The position numbers and the translations under genes are program-made. This document shows, in pieces, positions 14,009 through 25,570 of a stretch of 64,000 nt of DNA. Under the pieces are notes generated by a model. It saw nothing but the letters and a program-made list of their open reading frames with translations. It was not told the DNA's origin and searched no databases. Origin of the DNA: Candidatus Stammera capleta (GTDB lineage Bacteria > Pseudomonadota > Gammaproteobacteria > Enterobacterales > Enterobacteriaceae); contig CP145602.1 in the NCBI GenBank assembly GCA_036884345.1, positions 35,394-99,393 on the forward strand. The letters run 5' to 3'. Each line of letters opens with the position of its first letter. The stretch's first letter is position 1.

Positions 14009-14290
14009 ATGTCTCGTTCTTTTAAGAAAGGTCCTTTTATTGATGCTCATTTATTTAATAAAGTAGAAAAAATGCTTAAAACTAAAAATAAGAAATCTAT
14101 TCGTACATGATCTAGAAGATCTACTATATTACCAAATATGATTGGTTTAACTATTTTAGTACATAATGGTAGACGTCATATTCCAGTTTATATTACTCAA
14201 GATATGGTAGGTCATAAATTAGGTGAATTTTCTCCTACTAGAACATATAGAGGTCATTTATCATCTGAAAAAAAAGTTAAAAAAGATTAA
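14009..14290 (+). CDS. rpsS: 30S ribosomal protein S19
   Basis: ATG at 14009 preceded by AGGT. The sequence reads [12 protein letters not shown]...IRTW(TGA 14108-14110)[12 protein letters not shown]...[15 protein letters not shown]. Confidence 0.96.
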
Positions 14291-14309
14291 TAAAAGGTAT
14301 TATTTAAAT

Positions 14310-14642
14310 ATGGAATTTTATGCTAAATGTTGTTATGTAAGATCTTCTACTCAAAAATTAAGATTAGTAGCTAATTTAATAAGAAATAAAAATGTAGATT
14401 ATGCTTTAAATATATTAAAATTTACTAGTAAAAAGGCAGCTTTTTTAATTAGTAAGGTATTAAAATCTGCTTTATTTAATGCTTTACATAATAATAATGT
14501 TAATAGAGGTATTTTAAAAGTATCAAAAATTTATATTGATGGTGCTACTTTAATAAAACGTATTATGCCTAGAGCTAAAGGAAGAGTAAATTATATTTTT
14601 AAACGTACTAGTCATATTACTATTTTTGTTTCTGATGTATAA
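14310..14642 (+). CDS. rplV: 50S ribosomal protein L22
   Basis: The internal ATG of track ORF 14223-14642 is preceded by AGGT. 110 aa, MEFYAKCCYVRSSTQKLRLVANLIR. The upstream part of the track ORF overlaps rpsS. Confidence 0.93.
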   Translation: MEFYAKCCYVRSSTQKLRLVANLIRNKNVDYALNILKFTSKKAAFLISKVLKSALFNALHNNNVNRGILKVSKIYIDGATLIKRIMPRAKGRVNYIFKRTSHITIFVSDV

Positions 14643-14665
14643 TAATATTGTGTTAGGTAATATAT

Positions 14666-15373
14666 ATGGGACAAAAAGTTAATCCTAATGTAATTCGTTT
14701 AGGAATTACAAAAATGTGAAATTCTTCTTGGTTTGCTAATAAAAAAGATTTTGCTAAAAATTTAGAAAGTGATTTTATAGTTAGAAATTTTTTATATAAA
14801 AAATTATCTAAAGCATTAATATCTAATATATTAATTGAAAGACCGGCTAAAAAAAGTATTAGAATAACTATTTATACTGCTAGACCTGGTATAGTTATAG
14901 GTAAAAAAGGTGAAGATATAGAAAAATTAAAAAAAAAAATTTCTTTTATTACTGGAGTTACTTCACAAATTAATATTTCTGAAATTCGTAAACCTGAATT
15001 AGATGCTAAATTAATAGCAGATAATATATCTTCTCAATTAGAAAGAAGAGTAATGTTTAGAAGAGTTATGAAAAGAGTTATAAATAATGCTATGCGTTTT
15101 GGAGCTAAAGGTATTAAACTGGAAGTTAGTGGAAGATTAGGAGGTGCAGAAATTGCTAGAAGAGAATGATATCGTGAAGGTCAAGTTCCTTTACATACTT
15201 TAAGAGCTGATATAGATTATAGTTTTTCAGAAGCTTTTACTAATTATGGTGTTATAGGTATTAAAGTATGAATTTTTAAAGGTGAAATTTTAGATAAATT
15301 TTATCCAATAAAATTATATAATAGTAATGTTTTAAGTATAAGAAGGTATTTTAAAAGAATTCATAAAAAATAA
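14666..15373 (+). CDS. rpsC: 30S ribosomal protein S3
   Basis: The N-terminus [18 protein letters not shown](TGA)NSSWFA resembles E. coli PWNSTWFA. The KH-domain sequence [12 protein letters not shown] is present. TAA is at 15371-15373. Confidence 0.96.
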
Positions 15374-15402
15374 AATAATTTTAATATGAGGTATATAATA
15401 TT

Positions 15403-15858
15403 ATGTTGCAACCTAAAAAAACTAAATATAGAAAAGTTCAAAAAGGTCGTAATAAAGGTATATCTAACGATGTAGAATTACATTTTGGTAAATTTGGTTT
15501 GAAAGCTATTACTAGAGGTAGTATATCTTCTAAACAGATTGAATCTGCTCGTCGTGTTATTACACGTACTATGAAAAGACAAGGTTTTTTATGAATAAGA
15601 ATTTTTCCAGATAAACCTATTACTAAAAAGCCTTTAGAAATTCGTATGGGTAAGGGTAAAGGTAATGTAGAATATTGGGTTTCTATAATTAAACCTGGTA
15701 AAATTTTGTATGAAATTGATGGTGTTAATGAAAGGATAGCGAGAAAAGCTTTAAAATTAGCTAGTGATAAATTATCTGTTAAAACAATGTTTGTAATAAA
15801 AAATCTTTTATTATGATTAATAATAAACTTTTGAAAAATAAAAATATTGAAGAATTAA
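15403..15858 (+). CDS. rplP: 50S ribosomal protein L16 (the end is 15858 if TGA 15814-15816 is read as Trp, or 15816 if that TGA still terminates)
   Basis: Track ORF 15403-15594 continues through TGA ([16 protein letters not shown]). A second TGA lies at the position of the E. coli L16 stop, and the next TAA is at 15856-15858. Confidence 0.9.
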
Positions 15859-16028
15859 ATATTGATTTATATAATTTATTTAAAGAATATTTAAATTTAC
15901 GTATTCAATTATCTTCTGGTAAATTAAAAAAAACTCATTTAATACGTTTATGTAAACGTAATATAGCTCGTATAAAAACTTTTTTAACTATTAAAAGGTA
16001 TTTAATTTGTGTTAAAAAAAAAAAATAA
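15813..16028 (+). CDS. rpmC: 50S ribosomal protein L29
   Basis: Track ORF of 71 aa. [35 protein letters not shown] resembles E. coli [35 protein letters not shown]. Confidence 0.93.
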   Translation: MINNKLLKNKNIEELNIDLYNLFKEYLNLRIQLSSGKLKKTHLIRLCKRNIARIKTFLTIKRYLICVKKKK

Positions 16029-16257
16029 ATTAAAATGTTATGTATTAAGTAATAAAATGAATAAGACTTTGGTTGTTTATATTTTAAAGTTTAAGAAACA
16101 TAAAATTTATAAAAAATATATTAAAAAAAGAATTAAAATATATGTTCATGATGAAAATAATATATGTAATGTTGGAGATTATATTAAAATTAAGCAATGT
16201 AAACCTTATTCAAAAAAAAAATCTTGAGTTTTTTGTGAGATAATTAAAAGATTTTAA
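16009..16257 (+). CDS. rpsQ: 30S ribosomal protein S17
   Basis: GTG start, extended through TGA at the conserved Trp ([14 protein letters not shown] vs E. coli KTKSWTLVRVVEK). [13 protein letters not shown] is present. Confidence 0.92.
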
Positions 16258-16268
16258 ATGAGATTTTT

Positions 16269-16640
16269 ATGATACAAGAAAGATCTTTATTATATGCAGC
16301 AGATAATTCTGGTGCAAAAGTTGTTATGTGTATTAGAATTTTAGGTGGTACTAGACGTAGATATGCTAATATTGGTGATATTATAAAAGTAGTTGTTAAA
16401 GAAATTATTTCTAAAAGTAAAGTTTATAAAGGAGAAGTATTAAAAGCTGTTATTATAAGAACTAAATATGGTATATCAAGATTTGATGGTTCATATATTA
16501 GATTTGATAGTAATTCTTGTGTGTTATTAAGTGATAATAATGAGAAACCTATAGGAACAAGAGTTTTTGGTCCTGTAACTAGAGAATTAAGATCGGATAA
16601 ATTTATAAAAATAATATCTCTTGCTTCAGAAGTTATTTAA
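16269..16640 (+). CDS. rplN: 50S ribosomal protein L14
   Basis: Track ORF of 123 aa, [17 protein letters not shown]. Confidence 0.97.
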   Translation: MIQERSLLYAADNSGAKVVMCIRILGGTRRRYANIGDIIKVVVKEIISKSKVYKGEVLKAVIIRTKYGISRFDGSYIRFDSNSCVLLSDNNEKPIGTRVFGPVTRELRSDKFIKIISLASEVI

Positions 16641-16657
16641 ATAAAGGTATTTTTTAT

Positions 16658-16966
16658 ATGTCTTGTAAATTTCGTGTAAATGATGAAATTATAATTACAA
16701 CTGGTAAAGATAAAGGTAAAAAAGGTGTAATTATAAAAATTATTAATAATAAAGTTTTAATTAAAGGAATAAATTTAGTTTTAAAACATCAAAAATCTAT
16801 TCCGTCTAAAAATATTTTAGGAGGTAAAATATATAAAGAATCTTTTATAAATATTTCTAATATTAGTCATTTTTGTAAATTTTTTAATAAAAAATCTAAA
16901 ATAGGTTTTAAATTTGTTAATAATAAAAAAGTTCGTTATTTTAAATGTAGTAAATTAATTTTTTAA
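16658..16966 (+). CDS. rplX: 50S ribosomal protein L24
   Basis: Track ORF of 102 aa. A KOW motif (GKDKGKKGVI) is present and the position in the spc operon fits. Confidence 0.9.
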   Translation: MSCKFRVNDEIIITTGKDKGKKGVIIKIINNKVLIKGINLVLKHQKSIPSKNILGGKIYKESFINISNISHFCKFFNKKSKIGFKFVNNKKVRYFKCSKLIF

Positions 16967-16972
16967 ATTTAT

Positions 16973-17512
16973 ATGAGTAATTTATTTATTTTGTATAAAG
17001 ATGTTATTATAAAAAATTTGATAGATAGATTTAATTATAATTCTATAATGGAAGTTCCAAAATTAGTTAAAATAGTGTTAAGTGTTAGTTTAAATAGTTT
17101 AAATTTAGAAAAAAAGAGATTATTTGATGTTTGTACAAATTTAAAATTAATTACTGGTCAACAACCTATAATAATAAAATCTAAAAAATCTATTGCTAAT
17201 TTTAAAATACGTCAAGGTTTCCCTATTTCTTGTAAAGTTACTTTAAGAAAAATAAGTATGTGAAATTTTTTGGATAAATTAATATTTATTGCTATACCTA
17301 GAATAAGAGATTTTAGAGGTTTTTCTAAAAAATCTTTTGATAATTATGCTAATTTAAATATAGGTATTAAAGAACATACTATTTTTCCTGAAATAAATTA
17401 TGATAAAGTTATTTATATTCATGGTTTAAATATATCTATAGTTACTACTACAAATATTTTAAAAGAATCTATAGCTTTATTTACAGAATTTTATTTTCCA
17501 TTTTCTAATTAA
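16973..17512 (+). CDS. rplE: 50S ribosomal protein L5
   Basis: Track ORFs 16973-17263 and 17270-17512 are in one frame joined by TGA. 179 aa. Confidence 0.93.
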
Positions 17513-17523
17513 TATTAATTAAT

Positions 17524-17829
17524 ATGACTAAAAAATCTATTATAGTTCGTGAAAATAAAAGATTATTTTTAATAAAAAAATTTTTTTTAAGAAGAAAAAA
17601 ATTAAAAAAAATTATATCTAGTAATAAAACTTCTAATATAGAAAGATGAAAAGCTATTGTTAAATTACAATCTTTACCTAGAGATTCTAGTATTATACGT
17701 CATAGAAATAGATGTAAATTAACTGGTAGACCTCATGCTTATTTACGTAAATTTGGGTTAAGTAGAATGAAATTTCGTGAATTTGCTGTTAAAGGATATA
17801 TACCAGGATTAAAAAAATCTAGTTGGTAA
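17524..17829 (+). CDS. rpsN: 30S ribosomal protein S14
   Basis: The sequence reads [13 protein letters not shown]...ERW(TGA)[44 protein letters not shown]...SSW*. Confidence 0.93.
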
Positions 17830-17848
17830 TATAGTTAATGAGGTATTT

Positions 17849-18244
17849 ATGAGTATGCAGGATCCTATAGCTAATATGTTAACTAGTATTAGAAATTCTC
17901 AGTTAGCAAAAAAAAAAGAAATTTTAATATTTTATTCTAGATTTAAAGAATCTATTTTAAAAATTTTTTTATTTGAAGGTTTTATAAAAAAATATTGTTT
18001 AATAAATAATAAGGTAAATAAAAAAATTTTAATTAAATTAAAATATTTTACTGGTTTACCAGTTATATCTAAAATTAAAAGAATAAGTAGACCAGGTTTA
18101 AGAGTGTATTTATCTTTAAGTAAATTACCTATAGTAAAATCTGGTTTAGGAATTTTTGTTATTTCTACTTCTAAAGGGGTTATATCAGATAAACAAGCTC
18201 GTTTGTTTAAAGTAGGTGGTGAAATTATTTGTTATATTTTTTAA
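17849..18244 (+). CDS. rpsH: 30S ribosomal protein S8
   Basis: Track ORF of 131 aa. MSMQDPIANMLTSIRN matches the E. coli N-terminus. Confidence 0.96.
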   Translation: MSMQDPIANMLTSIRNSQLAKKKEILIFYSRFKESILKIFLFEGFIKKYCLINNKVNKKILIKLKYFTGLPVISKIKRISRPGLRVYLSLSKLPIVKSGLGIFVISTSKGVISDKQARLFKVGGEIICYIF

Positions 18245-18257
18245 TTAAGGTAAAAAT

Positions 18258-18806
18258 ATGTTTCGTATTTCTAAAAAACCAATTGTTTTTCCTAAAAATA
18301 TTTTGGTAAAGATTAAAAATAAAAAAATATTTTTTAGAAAGGATAAATTAAAAATTTTACAAGTTGTACATGATTCTATAACACCTATTTTAAAAGATAA
18401 AAATAAAATTTTTCTTGAGTTTAATAGTAATGTTATTAAAAATAAAAAATATGTTGGTACTACTAGATCTATATTATCTAATATTGTATATGGTATTATT
18501 TATGGTTTTTCCAAAAAATTATTAATTATAGGTATTGGTTATAAAGCTTTTATAGAAAAAAATGTTTTAAATTTAAATTTAGGTTTTTCACATATTATAA
18601 AATATGTTTTTCCTTTAGAAATAAATATTAGTTGTCCTAATTCTACTGAAATAATAATAAAAAGTTGAAATAAACAATTAGTGGGTTGTGTAGCTGCAAA
18701 AATACGTTCTTTTCGTGTTCCTGAACATTATAAAAAAGGTAAAGGGATACGTTATTGAAATGAAAAAGTACGTATTAAGGAACATAAAAAAAAAATTAGT
18801 AAATAA
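18258..18806 (+). CDS. rplF: 50S ribosomal protein L6
   Basis: Track ORF 18258-18668 is extended through TGA (KSW-NKQLVGCVAAKIRSFRVPEHYKKGKGIRYW-NEKV). TAA is at 18804-18806. Confidence 0.92.
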
Positions 18807-18830
18807 TTTTTTATTTATATATAAAATATT

Positions 18831-19184
18831 ATGAAGAAAAAGAAAAATCGTTTACGTAGATGTAAAAAAATACGTTTTATTTTTAAAAAAGAAAAAAAAA
18901 TACGTTTGGTAGTATATAAAACTTCTTGTCATATATATGCACAAATTATATGTCAAAAAAATAATTTTTCTAATGTTTTAGTTTGTGTTTCTACTTTAGA
19001 AAAAAATATTGGAATAAAATATGGTGGTAATAAAAATGCAGCTAAAAAAATAGGTAAAATTATTGCTTTAAGAGCTATTAAAAAAGGTATATTAAGAGTA
19101 GTATATGATCGTTCAGGTTTTAAATATCATGGTAGAATAAAAATTTTAGCAGATAGTTCTAGAAAATATGGTTTGATATTTTAG
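18831..19184 (+). CDS. rplR: 50S ribosomal protein L18
   Basis: Track ORF of 117 aa with the C-terminus YDRSGFKYHGRIKILADSSRKYGLIF. Confidence 0.95.
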   Translation: MKKKKNRLRRCKKIRFIFKKEKKIRLVVYKTSCHIYAQIICQKNNFSNVLVCVSTLEKNIGIKYGGNKNAAKKIGKIIALRAIKKGILRVVYDRSGFKYHGRIKILADSSRKYGLIF

Positions 19185-19199
19185 ATTGGTAAATTAATT

Positions 19200-19703
19200 A
19201 TGATCAAATTTAATAATAATAATGATTTTTATGAAAAATTAATATCAGTTAATAGAGTTTCTAAAACAGTTAAAGGTGGTAGGGTATTTTCTTTTACTGC
19301 TTTGACTGTAGTAGGAGATAGATATGGTAAGGTAGGTTATGGATATGCTAAAGCTAGAGAAGTTCCTTTTGCTATACAAAAAGCTATGGATAAAGCTCGT
19401 AAAAATATGTTTTTTATTTTGTTAAACAAGAAAAATACTATAAGATATGAAATTAAAGGTATGCATACTAGTACTAGTGTATTTATAAAACCAGCTTCTG
19501 AAGGTACAGGTATTATAGCTTGTAAATCTATGAGAGCTATTTTTGAAGCTGTAGGTATTAAAAATATTTTGTCTAAATTATATGGTTCTAGTAATCCTTT
19601 AAATGTAGTTAAAGCTACATTAAATGCTTTAAATAATATGCAATCTCCTATTTATATAGCTAAAAAAAGAGGTAAATTTTTGAAAGAAATATTTACGTAT
19701 TAA
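19200..19703 (+). CDS. rpsE: 30S ribosomal protein S5
   Basis: Track ORF of 167 aa with [27 protein letters not shown]. Confidence 0.96.
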   Translation: MIKFNNNNDFYEKLISVNRVSKTVKGGRVFSFTALTVVGDRYGKVGYGYAKAREVPFAIQKAMDKARKNMFFILLNKKNTIRYEIKGMHTSTSVFIKPASEGTGIIACKSMRAIFEAVGIKNILSKLYGSSNPLNVVKATLNALNNMQSPIYIAKKRGKFLKEIFTY

Positions 19704-19759
19704 TAATTATATATTTAATATATTTTAAATTTAATATTTTTATATTTTGGTTTAAATAA

Positions 19760-20200
19760 ATGATACTTAGTTTAAATAGTTTTAAAATAAATAAAAAAAA
19801 AAAACCTAAAAGATTAGGTAGAGGTATAGGTTCTGGTTTAGGAAAAACTTGTGGTAAAGGACATAAAGGTCAAAAAAGTAGATCAGGAGGTAAAATAAGA
19901 AGATCTTATGAAGGTGGACAAACACCATTTTATAGAAGAATACCTAAATTTGGTTTTAAAAATATAAATATAAAAAAGAAAATTGAATTACGTTTATCTG
20001 ATTTAAATATATTTAATGATAATTCAGTAATAGATTTAAAAAAACTTAAAAAAAAAAAAATTATTTCTTCTAAAATTAAACAAATTAAAATAATATTTAG
20101 TAGTGGTTTTAAAAAAAAAAATATTAAAATTTTTGATAAAAATATTAAATTTTCTTTAAGTGTAAAAAAATTATTAAAAATAAATAATTTTAATAAATAA
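19760..20200 (+). CDS. rplO: 50S ribosomal protein L15
   Basis: Track ORF of 146 aa with [27 protein letters not shown]. Confidence 0.95.
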   Translation: MILSLNSFKINKKKKPKRLGRGIGSGLGKTCGKGHKGQKSRSGGKIRRSYEGGQTPFYRRIPKFGFKNINIKKKIELRLSDLNIFNDNSVIDLKKLKKKKIISSKIKQIKIIFSSGFKKKNIKIFDKNIKFSLSVKKLLKINNFNK

Positions 20201-20202
20201 TT

Positions 20203-21516
20203 ATGGATATTAAAAAATTTTTTTTTTACGATATTTTAAATAACTTACAAAATTTAAAAAATAGATTGTTTTTTTTATGTTTTGCTATTATTGTTTTACG
20301 TATAGGTGTTTTTATACCTATACCGGGAATAAATTTATATCTACTTAATGATTTGTTAAGGAAAAATAATAATAGTTTTATAGATATATTTAATATATTT
20401 TCTGGAGGATCTTTGTTTCATGCATCTATTTTAGCTTTAGGTATTATGCCTTATATATCTTCTTCTATTATTATTCAATTATTTACTATTATTTTTCCTA
20501 AATTTGTAGATTTTAAAAATCAAGTTAATGAAAGTAAATATAAATTAAGTAAATATACTCGTTATTTAACTTTTTTAGTTTCTATATTACAATCTTTTGC
20601 TTTATCTACAACTATAATTCATTTACCAATTATGAGTAATATTGTTATTTATAAAGAAACATTATTTTATTTTATTTCTATTACTACATTAGTTACTGGT
20701 ACTATGTTTTTAATGTGATTAGGAGAACAAATTTCTGAAAGAGGTATTGGTAATGGTATATCAGTAATAATTTTTATAGGAATAATATCTAGTTTACCAA
20801 TGTCTATATTAAATTTATTTAATAAAATTAAAGTTAATAATATTAGTTATTATAAATTATTTTTAATATTTTTTTTAGTTATATGTACTATATATTTTAT
20901 AGTTTTTATGGAAATTTCTCAAAGAAAAATATTAATACAATATGCTTCTAGAAGATATCAAATTAATAGATATTTTTCTTCTAATACTTATTTACCTTTA
21001 AAATTAAATATGTCTGGTGTTATGCCAGCTATATTTTCTTCTAGTGTAATGGTATTTCCTTATGTAGTTTTATTTTGACTAAAAAATACTAGTTATTTTT
21101 TTTGAATATCAAATTTATTAAGTTTTATATATCCAAAAAGTTTTTTTTATTTATTAATTTATTTATTTTTAATTGTGTTTTTTTCTTTTTTTTATACATT
21201 ATTAATGTATAATTCTAATGATATTGCTAATAATTTGAAAAGATCTGGTGCTTATATACCAGGTATACGTCCAGGTGAAAAAACATCTAGTTATATAAAT
21301 AATATTATTTTAAGATTAACTTTATTAGGTTCTTTATATATGTCTATTGTATGTTTAATACCTGATTTTATGTATGATGTAATAGGTGTACCTTTTTATT
21401 TTGGTGGTACATCTTTATTAATAGTTATAGTGGTTATTATGGAATTTATATCTCAAATTCAAGCTTTAATTATGTCTAATAAATATTTATCTATGTTAAA
21501 AAAAAATAATTTTTAA
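20203..21516 (+). CDS. secY: protein translocase subunit SecY
   Basis: Track ORFs 20203-20718, 20800-21078 and 21175-21516 are in one frame joined by TGA ([19 protein letters not shown]). 437 aa, with the expected position in the spc operon. Confidence 0.95.
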
Positions 21517-21520
21517 ATTT

Positions 21521-21637
21521 ATGAAAGTTAGAGCATCAATTAAAAAATTTTGTTCTTTTTGTAAAGTTGTAAAACGTAAGGGTGTATTACGTATTATATG
21601 TAGTGTTAATCCTAAACATAAACAACGTCAGGGTTAA
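21521..21637 (+). CDS. rpmJ: 50S ribosomal protein L36
   Basis: [38 protein letters not shown], 38 aa. It is too short for the track. Confidence 0.95.
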   Translation: MKVRASIKKFCSFCKVVKRKGVLRIICSVNPKHKQRQG

Positions 21638-21668
21638 TAATTTTATTTTATAAAATATTGGAGTTTTT

Positions 21669-22019
21669 ATGATTAGAATAGCAGGAATAAATATTCCTAA
21701 TAATAAGAATATATTATATGGTTTAAGATTTATTTATGGTATAGGTAAATATAGATCTAAATATATTTGTGATTTAGCTAATATAAATTATTTTTCTAAA
21801 TTAAGTGATTTAAATTCTGATAAATTAAATTTAATTAGAGATAAAGTTTCTCAGTTTTTAATTGAAGGAGATTTACGTAGAGAAATTATGTTAAATATTA
21901 AAAGATTAATAGATCTTAATTCTTATAGAGGTTTACGTCATAAAAAGAGATTACCAGTTAGAGGACAAAGAACTAGAACAAATGCTAAAACTTGTAGAAA
22001 ATTACGTAATTTTAAATAG
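21669..22019 (+). CDS. rpsM: 30S ribosomal protein S13
   Basis: Track ORF of 116 aa with [13 protein letters not shown]...[20 protein letters not shown]. Confidence 0.96.
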   Translation: MIRIAGINIPNNKNILYGLRFIYGIGKYRSKYICDLANINYFSKLSDLNSDKLNLIRDKVSQFLIEGDLRREIMLNIKRLIDLNSYRGLRHKKRLPVRGQRTRTNAKTCRKLRNFK

Positions 22020-22029
22020 GTGATAATAT

Positions 22030-22413
22030 ATGGAATTTAAAAAAAATCGTAAAAAAATTAAAAGGCAAATAATAAATGCTATAGCTCATATATATTCTTC
22101 GTTTAATAATACTATAATAAGTGTTACAGATATTAATGGTAATGTTTTAGGTTGATCTACTTCAGGTGGTTCAGGTTTTAGAGGATCTAGAAAATCTACT
22201 TCTTTTGCTGCTCAAGTAGCAACTGAAAAATGTATTAATGTTATTAAAATTTATGGTATTAAAAATTTAGAAATAATGGTTAGTGGTCCAGGTCCTGGTA
22301 GAGAATCTAGTATTAGAACTTTTAATTCTTCTGGTTTTAATATTATTAGTATTAATGATGTTACTCCTATTCCACATAATGGTTGTCGTCCTCCTAAAAA
22401 AAGACGTGTTTAA
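22030..22413 (+). CDS. rpsK: 30S ribosomal protein S11
   Basis: ATG at 22030 follows GGTGA. The sequence reads [24 protein letters not shown](TGA)[15 protein letters not shown]...[15 protein letters not shown]. It is missed by the track. Confidence 0.95.
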
Positions 22414-22432
22414 TAATTTTATTTATATTTAT

Positions 22433-23053
22433 ATGGCAAAATATTTAGGTGCAAAATTAAGATTAAGTCGTAGAGAAGGTAGTGATTTATTTTTAAAATC
22501 AGGTTTACGTGATATAGAATCTAAATGTAATTTAGAAAAATTACCTGGTCAACATGGTTATAAAAAATCTAGATTATCTGATTATGGTTTTCAATTACGT
22601 GCTAAACAAAAAATTCGTCGTATTTATGGTATATCGGAAAATCAATTTTTTAATTATTATAAAAAATCTTTAAAATTTAAAGGTAATACAGGAAGTTTAT
22701 TATTAAAATTATTGGAAAGAAGATTAGATAATGTTGTTTATAGAATGGGATTTGGAGTTACTAGAAGAGAATCAAGACAATTAGTAAATCATAAATGTAT
22801 TATTGTAAATAATAATATTGTTAATATTGCTTCTTTTAGTGTTTCTCCAGGAGATATAATTAAAATAATTAAAAAATCTTGTAATCAAGAAAGGATAAAA
22901 TATTCTTTAGAAATTTTTAAACAACGTGAATTACCTGTTTGATTACAAGTAAATATTAAAAAAATGGAAGGAATATTTTTAAATATTCCTAAACGTAATT
23001 ATTTATCTGCAGATATACAAGAACATCTTGTATTAGAGTTTTATTCTAAATAA
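22433..23053 (+). CDS. rpsD: 30S ribosomal protein S4
   Basis: The internal ATG of track ORF 22283-22942 gives [24 protein letters not shown]. The ORF is extended through TGA to TAA 23051-23053. 206 aa. Confidence 0.95.
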
Positions 23054-23086
23054 TTTTAAAATTAATTATTGAGGTATATTTTTTTT

Positions 23087-24085
23087 ATGTTTTCTACATT
23101 AGAATTTTTAAAACCTAAATTGGTAAATATAGAAAATGTATCTAAAACATATTCTAGGTTAGTTCTAGAACCTTTAGAAAAGGGTTTTGGTTATACTTTA
23201 GGTAATGCTTTAAGACGTATTTTATTGTCTTCTATATCTGGTTATGCAGTTACAGAAGTAGAAATTGATGGTGTATTACATGAATATAGTGTTAAAGATG
23301 GTTTGTTAGAAGATATAATAGAAGTTTTATTAAATTTAAAGAAATTATCTATTAAATTTAATGGTGATATAGAAGAAGCTGTATTATTTTTAAATAAAAG
23401 TGGTATTGGTCCTGTATTAGCTTCTGATTTAACTTGTGATTATGATTTTGATTTAGTTAATCCTAATCATATTATTTGTCATTTAACTCATAAAAATGCT
23501 TCTATTAATATGCGTATATATATAAAATTAGGTATAGGTTATGTTCCAGCTGCTTCTAGAATAAAAGAATTTAAAGAAATTAATGATACTTTAAAAGTAG
23601 GAAGATTATTTATAGATGCTCTTTATTCTCCTATAGAACGTATTTCTTATAAAATAGAATCTACTCGTGTAAAACAGCGTGTAGATTTAGATAAATTAAT
23701 TATTGATGTTTATACTAATGGAACTATAAAACCGGAATTTGCTATTAAAGAAGCAGCTACTATATTAGTTAATCAGTTAAGTTCTTTTATTAATTTAAAT
23801 AATAAAAATATTGAAAAAGTTAAAAAAGATAAATTATCTTTTGATCCTATTTTATTATCTTTAGTAGATGATTTAGAGTTAACTGTTAGATCAGCTAATT
23901 GTTTAAAAGCTGAATCAATTCATTATATTGGTGATTTAGTTCAGAAAACTGAAATAGAATTATTAAAGACACCTAATTTAGGTAAAAAATCTTTAAGTGA
24001 AATTAAAGATATTTTACTTTCTAAAGGTTTAACTTTGGGAATGAAAATAAAAAATTGAAATAATAATTTGAATTTAAAGAAATAA
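23087..24085 (+). CDS. rpoA: DNA-directed RNA polymerase subunit alpha
   Basis: ATG at 23087 gives [19 protein letters not shown] (E. coli TEFLKPRLVDIEQVS). TGA 24056-24058 lies at the conserved Trp (KNW vs ENW). TAA is at 24083-24085. Confidence 0.96.
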
Positions 24086-24105
24086 TTTACTTGGTATAAT
24101 TATAT

Positions 24106-24465
24106 ATGCGTCATAAAAAAATTGGTCGTAAATTAAATCGTAATAGTAGTCATAGAAATTTAATGTTTAAAAATATGGTTTGTTCATTAATACAATATGA
24201 ATTAATTAAAACTACTCTTTCTAAAGCTAAAGAATTAAGACGTTATTTTGAATATTTTATTAATATTATTTTAACAAAAAAAAAAAATTGAAAATTTTTA
24301 TTTTCTTATATTAAAAATAAAAATATTATTTACAAATTAATTAATGTTATAGTTCCTAAATTTATAAATTTTTCTAATGGAGGTTATTTAAAAATATTAA
24401 AATGTGGTTATCGTAATGGTGATAATGCACCTATGGCATATATAAAAATTATAAATAAAAATTAA
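24106..24465 (+). CDS. rplQ: 50S ribosomal protein L17
   Basis: Track ORF 24106-24291 ([17 protein letters not shown]) is extended through TGA to TAA 24463-24465. Confidence 0.93.
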
Positions 24466-24468
24466 TTT

Positions 24469-25554
24469 ATGATTAGACCTATATATAGTTTGTTAAATGT
24501 TAATAATTTAAAAAATAATTTTTTTTTAATACAAAAATTATCTTGTAATAAAAATATATGATTAGTTGTTAAAAGTGATGCTTATGGTCATGGAATTAAA
24601 AATATTTTTGATATATTAAAAAATTATGTAAATGGTTTTTCTGTTCTTAGTATTGATGAAGCTATATATTTACGTAATATAGGGTGAAAAAAAAATATTT
24701 TATTGTTAGAAGGTTTTTTTGATTTTTCAGAAATTAAATTATGTATAGAATATAACATAAGTATTGTTATACATAGTTTTTGACAAATTAATTTATTAAA
24801 AAAGATTAATAATTTATATAATAAAATAGATGTTTATTTAAAAATGAATATTAACTTAAATAGATTGGGTTTTGATTATTCAGAAGTTGATAAAATTTTT
24901 TTAATTTTAAAATCTTTTAGTATTGTAAAATATTTATCTTTAATAATACATTTATCATTATCGGATAAAAATAATAATATTTTTTTTTTAAAAAGTAAAT
25001 ATTATAAAATATTTAATTTAAATTTTAAAGAAATATCTATATCTAGTTCTTTAGGATTAATTTTAAATATTAATGATATTTATAGTACTTGAATTAGAAT
25101 AGGTATTTTATTATATGGATTATCACCTACAGGTAATATACATGATATTTTAAATTTAGGTTTTAAACCTGTTATGAGTTTAAAAAGTAAAATTATTAGT
25201 ATTAAATATGTAAAAAAAAATCAATATATAGGATATAATAATGGATTTTTTACTAATGAAAATAAATTAATTGGTATTATATCTTGTGGTTATGCAGATG
25301 GATATCCTAGACAATTATCTAATAAATGTTATGTTTTAGTAAAAAATTATTTTAAAGCTAAAATTTTAGGTTATATATCTATGGATATGATGATGATAGA
25401 TTTATCAAATAATAAAACTATTAATGTAGGTGATAGTATAGAATTATGAGGAGAACATATATATGTTGATAATTTAGCTAAAATAGCTAATACTGTTGGT
25501 TATGATTTAATTTGTGGTTTAAATAAAAATAGAGTTATTTCAAAATTAAAGTAA
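24469..25554 (+). CDS. alr: alanine racemase
   Basis: ATG at 24469. The PLP-site motif W-LVVKSDAYGHG is present. The frame is the same as track ORFs 24844-25092 and 25174-25449 (SCGYADGYPR). 361 aa. Confidence 0.88.
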
Positions 25555-25570
25555 TTTATCTATATTTATT

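Noticed and set aside
14223-14309. Upstream extensions of track ORFs: 14223 for rplV, 22283-22432 for rpsD, 23069-23086 for rpoA.
   Set aside because: The extensions overlap the preceding gene in another frame (rpsS, rpsK) or lack homology. Internal ATGs preceded by AGGT/GAGG match the E. coli N-termini.
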